From positions 8,680,001 to 8,744,000 of the forward strand of contig OZ286476.1 of NCBI GenBank assembly GCA_965644265.1: 64,000 nucleotides of DNA, in the 5' to 3' direction. The position numbers and the translations under genes were made by a program. This document shows, in pieces, positions 23,541 through 38,340 of the stretch. The stretch's first letter is position 1, and each line of letters starts with the position of its first letter. The notes below the pieces were generated by a model. It searched no databases. It was not told the DNA's origin and saw only the letters and a list, made by a program, of their open reading frames with translations. Source of the DNA: Glycera tridactyla. Its lineage: Eukaryota.

Positions 23541-24941
23541 TGTCCATCAGTTCGATAGCAACCCTCATTGATTACCCACTTATTTGGTATCCACATGATC
23601 ACGTATTGTCACTGAGGAGATATTCAACTCTAATGATTTGTGATGTGATGTCGGATGAAATATGATCTTCATGCATCTTCCTCATCAGTAATGCATGGAG
23701 AACTCATTCTCCGCACATGGCATTCCCTGCCTTCCATCACATGCCTTGAATAATGTTCAAGTTGCTGTAGCGTTATTCATCGATATCCCATGATGTAATA
23801 TATCATTTCATTTATCTTCATGAATGTGAATGCATGGAACATGACAAAACATGGAATATAAATGTATGACTAGAAAATTGAAAGTATCTGCGTGATTCAT
23901 GTTTAGGTAATATGCAACTGCCATCTTCGCAACTGATGGCGGAACGGATCCAACTGAGTTTTATGGATCCTTAGCCTCTAAAATAATGATGTTTTCGAAA
24001 GTTATCACTACGGATATCACTGACATGACTTCTCACCTCACTTACGACTCAAAAGAATGATATTCCCAAACATGTAGTGGATGAACTCTTCATGGCTTCG
24101 TCCGAAAATACCCTCATAATGTTCAGTACTGAGGCTATTATCATTGAAACTGACAACATCATCGACTTCATGTACCTATGAACCTCGAGTTGAAAAAACA
24201 ACACCGCTTCTGAGCAATTTCTAAGCTGACCGACTCACCTTCATATAGGCCCCGTTCTCGAAAATGACGCAAAACAAAACTATGAAGGCGATAGACCAGA
24301 GATCTGGGGCAAACACAATGTGCGCTGTATTGCCCATGAGAGAGAAGCCGCACTTGAGATCAGCCATACAAATGCAATAATAATGCATCACTCGCAAAAT
24401 ATAAGTGTAGTGAAAAGGCAGCGAGAATGATGCTTTCATGAACAAATGATGGCGTCCATGATGCTTACTGAAGGGCAATAGGCGTGCACTTCTATTGAGT
24501 GTGTATATGGATCCATACTCAGTTTATTCACCTATTCACACATTAGCTGGCAATCTGAAGCCTCCCCGTGATTCTCCTGAAAATATTTGAGGATCAAGGA
24601 CGAATCTGGATTCATAGAATCTCATGGCGATTGCATATGAATCCTATATGGTGGTGACCAGGCGGCAAAAAGCAAACAAAGCATATGATCTTATACTCAC
24701 TTCCGTGCCCTTTCGTGCCCTTTCGTACCCTCTCAAATCGAAGATATTTCATGCATCATATATGGTGAATGATGAGTGTGAGTGGCAGCTGGATTATTTG
24801 AGGGCACTGATGCTATACAATTGCCAAGTGACATGTTATGATCAGCTTCAAAGTAAAAAGCCCTTGTCAGCCCAAATGATTGACAGGCATGATGTTTAAC
24901 GATATATGAGGGGCGCCCTGGTGACCTCTCTGTCCCTCCTT

Positions 24942-25205
24942 TCATCTATCTGCAATCTCTTTCTCCACAGCAGGCAAACGAAAGCAGACTCTCGACCCAT
25001 CTCGGTCTACCATTAAGGTTCTCAGTTTGGTGGTGTTAGTTGCCCCAGCATCTTCTTTGAGAGTGTCAATCATCGTCTTTGCAGTCCGACCTTGCTTTAT
25101 CCTTCCATGGGTGGTTTCCCAGAGGACTAGTGAGACCAAGTTTGTGGCATATGATCTGAGTTCCCATGCTCCAGTCTTTGCAAGTAATGGTGATCCCAAG
25201 TCCAA
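24942..25205 (-). mobile_element. 3'-terminal fragment of an RTE-type LINE ORF
   Basis: LVLWETTHGRIKQGRTAKTMIDTLKEDAG...LRTLMVDRDG matches the LW.P.HG.R..GRP..T.ID.L..D.G...M.DR C-terminal pattern of RTE elements. Confidence 0.55.
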
Positions 25206-28200
25206 AAGTAGTACGCAAAAAATACAGGAAAATAATTATCCTGGTTGAGTCCAGTCAAGGACAACATAAGAATTTCTATTCATGTGAACATAAGCGAAAT
25301 CAATCCTCATAAAGTCTACATATGGCGAAACAATCCAAACTCAAAATTCAAAAATCTACACCAAGTGCCGTTACAAAGACAACTTGGCTCTCACCACTCA
25401 TCTTATAATTTTCAATAATCGAATAGACTTGAGGGTCGTAACGACCACTACAAAATATTACTATGTATGTGTCACTTGTGATTCGTATGATTTATGCTCT
25501 GTTTGTATCGCGAAAAAAGGTCGAAAGTGCTAAAATATTGGAATATGATACTGTAAGCATTAAAATTGTTATCTTGTGACAAGTAAACATGTACCACCTG
25601 TAAGTCAAAATTGGATGTTGATTACGTCTGTGGATATTCTTATCACTCATTGGGAAGTTGATGAAGGTCCTCAAAACTCCCAGCAATATATCAATAGTTA
25701 TTTCTTTATTTGTATTTGTACATTATTATGACATAGTTATAAACGAATACAGTCACCCCTATATGAGAGTTTTCCAGGTCGACAAATAAAGCAATTCAGT
25801 TGATTACATATCTCCTGAAAATGAGATGATTGATGGGAAATAGGGGATGAGAATGTGGAGTAAAAAAGTTTCTATCATAGCCTATGTTGGTATTCTTGCT
25901 AATCAAGGATGGTATGGTAGAGGGCGGACTGAGCATTATTCCACTGACATTCATTCTGTTAATATAAATATATTTGAATGAGTACCAGATCCGGATAATG
26001 AAAGCACATTCACTTGATTGAATTGGTCTAATATGGGACTGAAATAATTCAATTTACATTATTTTATTATCATGAAGTTAATTAGTTTTGCTGCGGACAT
26101 TTCGGGTCCACAAGACACGGAAAATTGGTGTGCTTGCACACATGGATTCCAGGCCTTAGGACCTCTGTATGAAGAGTTAATCACTGAGGCTGATTATCAA
26201 ATTCATACAAAGCCTATCTTCTTGGTGTATGACTGGTTATGTAGTGCCTAATTGTCATGTTCATAATAACGAATGGTAGTAGGTAAAGTAATTTCACTTC
26301 CCCATCATCTCTTTCCCATATGCACTTCCCCACCCCACCAATATGGAGAACGCTATATATGTTTGCAGTGTTCTTCCTCGCCCATATTAGAAAAAAATCA
26401 TTTGTTGAAAATGTCATGCTCCATGTTGAGATTGTTCCGTTTCATCACAAATACCAAGCATGTGTGGATGGCTGATGATATGATCATTTGCAATTCACCT
26501 TATTCTCATCCTAGTGGTGATGGGAAGTTCCAACGAAGTAAAAACAGACGCTGAATCTTTAAGGTCGTCCTCTTGGTTTATAGATCACGTGACATGAAAT
26601 AAATTAAAAAAGGGTGATGAACGATTCACATATTTGATGCCTGCTCTGTGAAACATACCTGCGTCATCATAACCATCAATTTCATTCAGATCTTCTTCAA
26701 ACCTTTATATGACATATTGTCACGCTAGATCTGCCTAATGAGATGAGCCTGCCTGCTTCACAGGATGACATGTCTACTTCCAGACATCTTCACCAGAGTA
26801 ATTCATGGTATTGACACTAGGTGGCACTTGTAGTAAACTGACTTCCACTTCCCATTTCTTTTCGATACCGTGGGAATATGTGTGTCTGGGTGCTTATCCG
26901 AAATCAATATGAAGAAATCGACTTGATAAGTTTTTCTGATCGATATGTGTGTCCATCGGAGATCTCATAAACTTGAAATTTCCTTCATCTCTGATAACAA
27001 ATGATTTGATGTACATTACATTACATTACACGTTTTCTCTATATATGTGTATGTATTGTCAACTGATTATACAGGAATAATATGCTGCTTATTATTGAGT
27101 TGAATCATATCTATCGAATTGGTAGTAGGTCGTGATATCAACCATTTATTCATCTTGCTTCTAAATCACCCATATCATCTCATCTCATCAATTAATATCA
27201 TCATCCAAGATCCTTTTTTGTATCAAAGCCACTTGAATCGCAATATCCAGTGCATCCAGCACTACTTTATTTGAGATTCGTTGATACCATTGTCTGATTT
27301 GTGTGCTGGACATGTATTATCCAAGTTGTGTTTATCTAATTCATCAACTTGGAAACGCACCCTCATGGAGCATCTGTCTGAAAAATCCTTCGTAGACGAA
27401 GAAAAAGATTTTTTTTAAAACTACATCCAGCGTACAATCATTTGATACAGCGAGGATTCATCATCATGGAGTACGGATTTTCAGTATCGTGCCACTAAAT
27501 AGAGAAAATCCCACAGGGACAAAAGGCTATGTCCATCTGTATCATGGGGTCTTATTCAACTATTGCTGTGTGATAACAAAAAGCTATGACTCATTTTCCG
27601 ATGTAGGTTGATATGAAGGTTTATTTAGCAATTAATGATATTCCATGATGGCATTGAGATAGCCATGATTTGAGACATTACAAAGTGATGAATGTTCGGT
27701 AGTTTGTCCGTCGGGGCTGATAGCAAACAAGTTATTTCATTTTATTTTCGAATTTGTTGAAACAATTGAAGCAATACAGAGTTCGCGAGGAGAAAAATGA
27801 GGAAAGACATTTTGACTACGCCATAATGATATGTATTGGCGAATATATACAATGGCTATGAGGCGAATGATATGCCCGTAATGCGTGATCAAAATATCAA
27901 TCATTGACGTATGACTTCTTCAATCAATAAATCCTAATTCTCACTGGAAGTATTTGAAAGGCTTCATCTCTAATCATTGATCTCTGGGTATCTGGGAACA
28001 TATCTATTTCAGTTTTTTTTTGCCCCGCAATCAGAAATTCTCCTGGAGATATGGAGTAGAAACTACATTTCCATAGTCAAAGAGCGGGTCTATAAGAGAG
28101 CGATACAACATCACTGGTGTGTGTTCACTGAAGATAGGACGTAGTCTACATTTTGCTCTGAAATTTGCTCTGAAATTCAATGATAGAGGATGCTTAAGCA

Positions 28201-30719
28201 TGCTGGATCACTCGAAATGCTAATTGAATAGTAGCGTCAATTAGGGAAAAGGTAGATCATTAATGTTTGAACCTGGTATTAAGAGGCCCAAAAAAGGTCC
28301 CTGAAGACGTCACATAAAACAGATGACCGGTATGAGGTGGTACTTCCAGCCTTCGTGTCGCAGATGTGGTTTACAAGGTAGCCAGACATCCTTCGAGTCG
28401 TGGAGATACAGAGGTCATACCAGAATTCATACAGTGTCTATAGACACTTCAGATTTGTGGTAAATGAGGCATGAGTGATCATCAAATATTCTCTTTGTAT
28501 CTAACATCCTGTCTCACTTCGTCTCCGACCAGCTGAGTGGAGATTTTTTTTCCATCATAACCTTCATTCTGTTCAATTCATATTCTTTGCGACTGGGATC
28601 TTTCTGCATGAGGATGATTTATATTCACAAGGTGTCATTCCTAGGGTGGAAAGTAGCTGGTAATGAGTCAGTGATTCGATATCTGAGAAGATTATGCACG
28701 CATTGAGATCACACAGATGGAGGGTGACGCCCATCCCTTTCATCAAACACGATATATATAGTATCTGTATATGCAGGGAAGTCACAAAAATAACGACAGA
28801 AAGAGAATATGTGTCATCTTATGTATTTCAATTGTTGTTGCTTCTGTCAGATACCTACACTGAGTATCAGCGAATTTCATTCTAGAAATAAACCAAGAAG
28901 GATTCATGAATGATCCGAATCAGGCCCAATGCACGGTCGTCACAACATATGTGAGAGGTACCCCGGCCAGCATATGATATTAGCCTGAATTGTCACTGAA
29001 TTGGATGGCATAGGATGATGGCCCACCAAATGTCACCAAAGTGTACACAGTGGGCACATCAGTCTCTGACTACTATACCATGGCGCAGATGACTCCAAAG
29101 AGTGTTCGATAGAATCTAGTCTATATGTTTGATAGTCAACACGGAGTATAAGAGACAAGCTCAAGCCCCAGGAGAATACATGAATACATGAATACAAGAA
29201 TAAAAATCATGAATGTGCACTCCTGAGGGATGCGTCCTCCCCACACGCCACCGGAGCAACCTCTCCACAAGGGCCCTACTTACGGAGAGCAGGTTATTTT
29301 TTGAATTGAAAAAAACTTTATTGAATTCTAGACTGGGTGGCCACAACGACCATATTTCCCATATGCCTCTGAGCAGCCAGTAACATTTGTACATATCGAC
29401 CCACCAGCCAGACGTTCTTTGTACTGTCTAATGCAGCATGATGCTGTCTGCTTTTTGCCTGACAGACATCCGTGTATCCCGGGCTGTTTCCCTATATCAC
29501 TACTGAGATGTCTTGATATTTCAGGGACCTGTTCCACAAACTGGTAGTCAGTGCTCAATATTTCAAAACATATTAGAGGATTCCCTATAATATAGATGGG
29601 TTACCAGATTTTTCGTCGAGATAACGGGCATTTGACTATCAAATCCCATCAGACCAGTGCCAGCCAATTACATGAGCGACATCTATCTCAGTCATATACT
29701 TTCTCATCATTGTTTGATCAAGCAACTTTTCTCCATTTCAGCAATGTACATTGTGAGGTCAGGCATGTGATATGGTGTTCTCCTTAGTGATGGCCACCAT
29801 TCTCTACGCCATGTTGCATCTGTAGACTCTTTATCTTCATCGTCTCATTCATATGGTGAGATGGGTCAGAGCTTGGCATTTGTTTTCTCGGCTCTTCCAT
29901 ATTTTGCATGCAATACTCGCGGCACATACTGGGATTTGAAAGTTTGACGACCATATGATTCAGATAAGTCAGAGCTCGGCCGTTGTTAACTGGCTCTTCA
30001 ATATTTCAATGCAGCACCCACTGCACATACTGAGATTTGAAAGTTTGATTCACTCTTTTCGGGATAAAATGTCGGAAAAAATGTCGAAAGATTGAATGAG
30101 TTGCAAAAGTAATTTGAACTCAATCGGAATGAATATAACGTGATTGCCACCAATATACATTCATGAATGCGACGCAAGTAATGAATATAGTGGTTTTGGT
30201 TTCATGTTGCATCTATAAAACTGGTCGCAGAGATTTATTGACAGAGTAAAAAGTAGGGATGAACCTGTATTTATGGAGTCATATTTTGAGAGGTCAATAG
30301 AAACAAGTAATAAGGAGCACTAGTTCCAGTATAAACCGGCATATCAGTTACAGGCTGAGAGACTTCACAATGATGATCATGAAAATATAATGGGAAAAAA
30401 GGTCAAACTGCAGGTAGTCGTGTTNNNNNNNNNNNNNNNNNNNNNNNNNNNNNNNNNNNNNNNNNNNNNNNNNNNNNNNNNNNNNNNNNNNNNNNNNNNN
30501 NNNNNNNNNNNNNNNNNNNNNNNNNNNNNNNNNNNNNNNNNNNNNNNNNNNNNNNNNNNNNNNNNNNNNNNNNNNNNNNNNNNNNNNNNNNNNNNNNNNN
30601 NNNNNNNNNNNNNNNNNNNNNNNNNNNNNNNNNNNNNNNNNNNNNNNNNNNNNNNNNNNNNNNNNNNNNNNNNNNNNNNNNNNNNNNNNNNNNNNNNNNN
30701 NTCTGGACATCTATGTATT

Positions 30720-30925
30720 TATCACTCTGCCGGTCTGTCCATCTGTCTGTAGGTCTGTCTGTATGTCTGTCGGTCTTTCTGCCTGTGTGTCTGCCTGTCC
30801 GCCAGCCTGTCTGTTCATCTGTCTTTCTGTCTGTGTGTCTGTCTGTGTGTCTGTCTGTGTGTATTTCTGTGTGTCTGTGTGTCTGTGTGTCTGTGTGTCT
30901 GTCTGTCTGTCTGTCTGTCTGTCGG
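30720..30925. repeat. (TCTG/TG)n compound microsatellite
   Basis: Visible directly, next to an N-run. Confidence 0.9.
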
Positions 30926-32270
30926 TCTCTATTATCAATACGGATTTTATATCACTATGAGTCTTTCAGAGTAAACATCTTGGTCAATTCCCTATCCAGC
31001 AATGGCAACTGTGCAGCACCCACTGAACCAGAAGTTCTGACGAATCCACATTCTCCTCCTAACTCTACTTGTTACTAAAAAGCGACTCAGTCTTTAAAGC
31101 AAGATCCGTTTTTATGCATTATTAGATGGTCTCACCTCACCACTTCAGTTATAGATGTATCCTCTCAGCATTCACAAGCTGTCACTTTGATGTCGAGATC
31201 TGAAATGACCTGGCTAATGATGAGCCATGCATTATTCTTGAGGGAGTGGAATGCACTCTCTCCGCAGCAATCCACTCGGATGGATGCTAGTGGTCAGATG
31301 GATGCTAGTGAAGGCCTCAATGATCACTTTATTATTCTCATGGTTTTGAAGATGGGTCATGCCTTCACAAATGTATTTCGGTGTGCCTGATCAGCCTATG
31401 AGTGATCACACTTCTTTCAGTATGTTCATCAAAAACGTAGGATGACCGAATCCATTTACTTTCGTTAGGAAGTCGTTTCATATAATATGCTAGGTACATA
31501 CACAGATGAAATATGCCATTATTGCTTCAGGTGGTGATGGTTATGGTGTTGTGATGGTGGTGTGCTGGTGCAGAAGAAGAAGAAGAAAAGGAATGAGAAG
31601 AAGGAAAGACGGGGCAGGGTCTTCAATGAATCATGCAATAGAGAAAATATGTGGGAGGCGAGTAAATAATCCAGATTACTTTTCATCAGTCTGTCAAATA
31701 AATCGCAACACTGTAGATGGATTTCGTTCTACATAACTGGCAATTGCATGAAGAGTATCGTGACAACCCTGAACAAGACCTGCTCTAGTGGTTTCGTTCT
31801 TTTTTTATTTAATTCAAGAAGGGAACTTCGATTTTCTGCTCTTTCTGGTCGAGGAGTGCTGTCACCTTGTGATATGTAGCGTGACGATGGAATTCCCAAG
31901 CCAGATTGATTGACTAATTATTGTTTAGTGTCTTCTCCATACATGGGACCTGACGGAACAGAAGCTATTCTATCATGGTTGATTGTTCGATTGAGCACCG
32001 CTCAACGTATATTCAGCAGAGGCAGGATTTTTCGAGTCTGAAGGCATGGACGTATACTCCAGAGAAACATCGGATGGGAATTTGAAATTCTTTTTCTTTT
32101 ACTTTCTGTAGTTTTTTTAGCTTTGTTCTTCAGAAGGGTAATTCACGTGAAAAAGGAGAAGGAATCTTTGGACACTGACACACACGGCCAGCCTATGATG
32201 ACCAGATTGACGGGCGGTGGGAATCCCAATCCATATAATGGCAGGAATGATATTGTTCCATATCGAAGCT

Positions 32271-33261
32271 AGTTTAATCAAATTCTCGTTCTGGTGCATG
32301 GTATTGGTGCTGTGTCTCGAATGAATCCTAGTCCGAACTAGGTCTATTCCGGGTTCAAAGTATTGGTGTTGTTCCTCTGATGGGTCTTAGTTCGAACAAA
32401 TTCTCGTTCTGGTTCATGGTATCAGTGTTGTTGCTCTGATGGGTCCTAGTTCAAACAAATTCTCGTTCTGGTTCATGGTATCAGTGTTGTTGCTCTGATG
32501 GGTCTTAGTTCAAACAAATTCTCGTCCTGGTTCATGGTATCAGTGTTGTTGCTCTGATGGGTCCTAGTTCAAACAAATTCTCGTCCTGGTTCATGGTATC
32601 AGTGTTGTTGCTCTGATGGGTCTAAGTTCAAATAAATTCGTGTCCTGGTTCATCGTATCAGTGTTGTTCCTCTGATGGGTCCTAGTACAAACAAATTCTC
32701 GTTCTGGTTCATGGTATCAGTGTTGTTGCTCTGATGGGTCCTAGTACAAACAAATTCTCGTTCTGGTTCATGGTATCAGTGTTGTTGCTCTGATGGGTCC
32801 TAGTTCAAACAAATTCTCGTTCTGGTTCATGGTATTGGTGTTGTTGCTCTGATGGGTCCTAGTACAAACAAATTCTCGTTCTGGTTCATGGTATCAGTGT
32901 TGTTGCTCTGATGGGTCCTAGTTCAAACAAATTCTCGTTCTGGTTCATGGTATCAGTGTTGTTCCTCTGATGGGTCCTTGTTCAAACAAATTCTCGTTCT
33001 GGTTCATGGTATCAGTGTTGTTCCTCTGATGGGTCCTAGTTCAAACAAATTCTCGTTCTGGTTCATGGTATCAGTGTTGTTGCTCTGATGGGTCCTAGTA
33101 CAAACAAATTCTCGTTCTGGTTCATGGTATTGGTGTTGTTGCTCTGATGGGTCCTAGTTCGAACAAATTCTCGTTCTGGTTCATGGTATTGGTGTTGTTG
33201 CTCTGATGGGTCCCAGTACAAACAAATTCTCGTTCTGGTTCATGGTATTGGTGTTGTTCTT
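32271..33261. repeat. 59-bp minisatellite, ~16-17 copies
   Basis: Unit ctggttcatggtatcagtgttgttgctctgatgggtcctagttcaaacaaattctcgtt, head to tail. The two leftmost copies are degenerate. Confidence 0.95.
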
Positions 33262-34273
33262 CTGGTAGAAACGCTCATTATTTATCTCACTGCGCTGCCC
33301 GTCCGCTCTCTAATATAAGATATAGCTTCCTTCAATCAACGACGTGATTGCGTCGGTGAACGTTATCGTTGCCTTGTGCCCCATGGCTGATGATATTTTC
33401 CACATCCTCGGCACATATCTGGCGTCCGACCTAATGAACTTGTGTCGATGAGTCGATGGAAGGTGATGAACTTGACTGCATTCTCGACGGTGTTAGGTCC
33501 CATTTGAATGAGAATCAGCAGATAAGGATACATAATCAAGATAAAGTGAAGCTATGATTCTCTGTTGGCCTGTTCTTCAAGTCATGGTATCATTCCTAAG
33601 CCCTATGTGGGGCTGCTCTTGAAAACATGGTGTCATTCTTAAGCTCACCCATACAGAAAGGCTTCAATCATAGTGCTGCACCTCTCAAATGATCGCAGAG
33701 TGCTTTTGTGTAGTGGGTTGAATGATAGCAAAATGTTTCATGAAGATGGAATCAAAAATAGATTCATGCTCTCCAGGAGAGAGAGGAGACCCATTCTGCT
33801 TGAGTGCCCATCCCCCCCCCCCCACCCCCCGCAAACAGTGCTCCTTTGGAGTGTATCAAAGTAATGGCACGGTGCTCTAAGATGAATTGAATGATAACAA
33901 AGTGGTTTCCATAAAAGATTAACTAATAGAGTAGCGCCGCCCCCTACTAGTGTCGTGCTCTCTGAAGAAGAAATGATACCTTGTGTATATGTGATTTTTA
34001 TAAGATTTCACTTTTCATTGTATACCCAGGAGAGGCGTCTTCAATCATTCTCACCATGGTCATTGCCTTGACTCCCTAATATTGCCCAGCTCGTGCTCAA
34101 CGATGGTGAATCAACCAACCAACCTACCAAGAAAACCCACCACCATTCGGTACGAGCTCGAGGATAAAAGTGTTCTTTCTGAAAATCATTCAATGATTTC
34201 AGGCTGCTCCTTTAGGATGAGTCCAATCATGATAAAGCAACGTTCCCTGGACTGGGTTTAATTGTATGAGCGC

Positions 34274-34520
34274 TCCTCTCGACAAAATTTAATGGTGGGA
34301 CAGTTTACCCCTAGAATGGGTTCAGTATTGATGCATTGCACCTCGAGGAAAAATTTAATGATTGCACAATGCTCCTCTAGAATGGATGAAATGATAATAC
34401 AGAGTTCCATCATAATGGTTTCAATATCCCGACGGTCCTCTGGAACGAATTCAATGATAGCCAAGTGTTCCTCTAGAATGGATTCGATAATATCATAGTG
34501 CTCTTCGAATAGATTTACCT
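34274..34520. repeat. Highly degenerate ~33-bp tandem repeat
   Basis: A cctctagaatggat / cctcgaggaaaaattt-like motif recurs about every 32-33 bp. Confidence 0.5.
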
Positions 34521-35739
34521 ATAGCACAGTGCATCAGGAATAGCTGAGAGAAATCATCCAAGTATCCCACTCTTCCTGCAATTAGCGGCGCTGCTTTCAT
34601 ATTGCTGAAGATCCCCAGGATGATCTCATTACATTCATATTTATATGGAGGTTTGTGTAGTTCGGTATCTTTATACTAGTAAATACCCTTCTGGCTCCCA
34701 AACATTATATAGGTATGATTAATTCAAGTTCAGACCAGATGGATCTCTAAGGGAACTGTTGCTGAAGCCGAACAACACTTCAAAAAGAGATTTATATGGC
34801 ATGTATAAGTTCACGTAGAGAAGGTGAGTGTCCTTTCGAGATTTATTCTGTGTCTCATCTGCTGTTTATTTCAAATGCAGCTTGTTGCCTCCCGACAATA
34901 TATCACCTCTTCATCGTCAGCAGCATCTAGCATGGTGGGAGACGTACACATCTTATCTTCATGGAGTTACACTGTGGTCAAAATATCACCTCCAGTGGAT
35001 GTGAACTAAATAAACTGTCACGTCCTGATGGCGATTCAGAATGAAAGGGGTCTTGAATGATCCGGATCATGTCTATTGCATGGGCATATCAATATCGCAG
35101 TGGTCGATGAAGCAACCAACCAACCGCAATCATCCAAAATATCAACTGACTGCCCTTCCAGTGATTTCGTGATGAATGAGTCACCAGAAGTTATATTCAG
35201 CTGATTCCCTTTGGGGCTTAGGTCTTATATCTGATGAAAAGATGAGCTGACATTGACACGGCAGGGCGGCTGGCCTGCTACAGCAATTTAATGCAATCAG
35301 ATAGAGCCGCCACGTCCATCGTATACATCCTCTCAGAAAGGAATGTAGCTGACATTCAGTCCAAATAGATTGTTTAATACTGTGCTGGGCCAGTGAGGCA
35401 GGGGGTTAGAGAGCTTGATGGAAAGTCAAACCAGATTGCAATCAGGGAGAGTTGAAAAGTCAGTTGGCTGATACTGTCACAGTAGAAGCAACGATCTGCA
35501 TTCGGTCTCGTTGTGAATTATACCATACATGAAGAGGTCAGCCATATTTAGCTGACACCATATACAAGCGATATGCTCGAAGAACAAAGACTGAAGAACA
35601 AAGCGCATGAATTTATCTTCAAGTTCAAAAGATAATAGTAATACCGATCAAGGATAATGACACAATTCTGAAAGCATCAGTGGTGATAATATGGATGTTA
35701 ATAGAGAAAACGAAAAAAATAAATAATACTATATATATC

Positions 35740-35965
35740 ATTGATAGAAATAGTGATGATGATAATAATCATAATAGTCATGATAATAAAAATGATAATG
35801 ATAATCATAATAATATTAATCATAATGATAATCATAATAGTCATAACAAAGATAATGATGATATTAACAATAGAGGCAGGAGTAGTATTAATAGTTAGTA
35901 GTGGTATTAGTAATAGTGGTAGTAGTAGTAGTAGTAGAAGTAGTAGTAGTGGTAGTGGTTGTCGT
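35740..35965. repeat. (AAT/GAT)n then (AGT)n compound microsatellite
   Basis: Visible directly. Confidence 0.9.
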
Positions 35966-37599
35966 AGTAGTTATCTTGGTAATAGTTGCAGAAATGGGAG
36001 GTGCAGGAGTAGTTGTGGGGATGAGGATTGGAGAAATGATGATGACAATAGAATATTATAAATGATGGGGTGAGTGATATTTTTGATGATAGTATTCCGA
36101 ATTGATCTATTATCTCACCATACAATATCATGTTAAAGCACCATAGGAGTGGGGCGAAGTTCCTGTCCCTTTAACGTCACTGTCTGATGTGCCAATATTT
36201 CAATGGAGGTGCTTCAGCAGTTTGTGAAGGCACCAATGAGTTATTAAAACATATAATGTGTCATGCCTCATTGTGCCTTTGGATAATCTGAGTTGGTGCA
36301 TTCTAAGCACGATAGGTTCGACTTCGAAACGATTCATTCGCCTCGAGAAATATAATTTGTCAGTAATGGGATGATCAACTACGCCTGACAAATTTGACCA
36401 TGGGTGCGACCAAATAAATCATTTTATCCTAATAAGTGGCTTGAATTGAGTTGTTGCAACAGAAATCACATCTCTGAGTGTGCAGATATTCAACTATCAA
36501 ATTTGCAATTCAGCATGATCTCATTTCATTTGCGGAAATTGCATTCGAATCATTGTGTCTCACAATTCACCAAATTGGCGCCAGAGCATGGTAATCAATT
36601 CATCGGACACCACTGACTTCGTTAGATATGCCCTGCCCACTGCATGGACACAGTTGAAAAGTCCTACCCAATATTATGACTTGGTACTTGACATGTAATA
36701 TAGTGAAAGTCACATTGGTGAAGGGTATTAGTGTGACTATCGCAGCAAGCATCGGAAATATTCGACGGCACCCTTGAGTACTCACGATATTGAATCTATC
36801 CTTGGTTGATTTTCTTATCACCTCAGCTTTTTTGAGGGATTTGGAAAGTGTCTTCGATGATCCAGCCCATGAAATTTGATGAGCTTCCCAGTACATCCAG
36901 GTTGTGGTCAAGAGCTGGTAAACAACCAACAAAACTGACCAAAATGATTCAATGTAAAACATGAAGAGGAAAAAAGTAAGTTAATGATACCTTCCAGGTC
37001 ACCTAGGCCTGCGAAACCCGATGCTCATCTGATGATGTAGTGATCTGTTTACATGGTGAAGATGAAAAAGAGCCTAAAGGTCAATATCCCATGCAGCAGC
37101 ACCACGGGAGCCATTACATTATAGCTGTGTGGCATCCGAGACGGGAGCAGGCTTTGTCGCAAAACAATAGTAACCTGTCATGTGTCACTTATGCACGTCA
37201 CACACTCTGTATAAGTGGGCGCCGCCATCTTGAGAAACCAGCCTCGTGTCAGAGTGGTGGTCGGGATGGGTTCTGTCATTTGTCCTCAGACATTTTCTAC
37301 CATAATTACACCATCACGAGGTTCCCTTTTCGTCGCCACCTTCCCATCCTTCTAGGTTTTATAATGTCTTCAGTGAAGTGGTCTCAAGTATAGGCGGGTA
37401 GCCCTTTGCTGGTCCCAGATAGTGTCATAATGCAGAAGTGGGTACCAGGCACACCAGTTCTGAGTTACTAGGGCTGCAAATAGGTTCTCCAGGTACTCTA
37501 CTACAAACATAGGGCACTCATAATTGTGGAAGTCGACAGGTTATGATCTACCACATCAATTGGGTATCCTCCAAACCTAATGCTTTTCCTTGTTTCAAG

Positions 37600-38340
37600 T
37601 GCTGTGCTTTTGCTGGAAATGAACGCTCCACTATCCTGCCTGACTGTGAGCTTCCAGCAGATCATGTAATTAGATATGCCATCATTGAACTCAGTATGTC
37701 CATGGTGAATGGGAAAAGTAAACTCACATGGTTTATGATGATGATAGGTAAACAAGTACTCGCACGTAATAAAATACTTCTAGGTGACTTCAATGCTCCT
37801 CTTGTCATACACCCTTGTGGCATGCCTCCTAGACCTGGTGTCCGCAAATGTTCACTCAGCCCACCAGATGGCTACTGAAGAGCAAGTCTTCTGCTACCAG
37901 GAGATGGCAGCTGAGTATACAGAGAAGGTGTTGTCATCTGAACAGTACCCCTATTCCCTGCACCATTCATCCATTCAGTCTTCAATAAAACAATCACCAT
38001 CAGTGGTACGCCAAGTGCAGCAAATACTTTGGAGGATTACATTTCCTATCTCACACCACCAACCATTAAGCGATTTTCTAAGTCAATCTCTATCCCCCCT
38101 TGTTCATTCGTAATGATTGCTTGATTTGCATCTCACTGATGATTTCAAGCAACACAGACATCGGTATATTGATCGATGGTCATAGGGGATTCAATTTGTC
38201 ACTAAAAGTGAAGATGCTGATACGTGTGGACTTATTGGTTGCTGTCCATATTGAATATGATATTGGACATGCTAGTCATAGCTTAATTGGATGACCATTT
38301 GGATCACTCGATCATATGGTCATAATCTGTCAGGAACCAT
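37600..38340 (+). mobile_element. Possible decayed LINE APE endonuclease remnant
   Basis: KILLGDFNA (~37770-37797) and a downstream PFGSLDHMV (~38295-38321), resembling the GDFN and SDH motifs. The sequence between them is not interpretable. Confidence 0.35.

Noticed and set aside
28433-28448. 16-bp perfect palindrome (and an 8-bp stem near 63819-63837)
   Set aside because: About one such match is expected by chance in 64 kb.
32271-33261. CRISPR-like appearance of the 59-, 66-, 74- and 76-bp arrays
   Set aside because: Units are head to tail with no unique spacers, there are no cas genes, and the context is eukaryotic.
36600-36962. Possible RTE RT fragment (SLKKAEV...ISNEV); also SPKLF at 12960-13151 and ACFNIRT near 50690
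   Set aside because: Each is a single short motif with no neighbouring motif in register.
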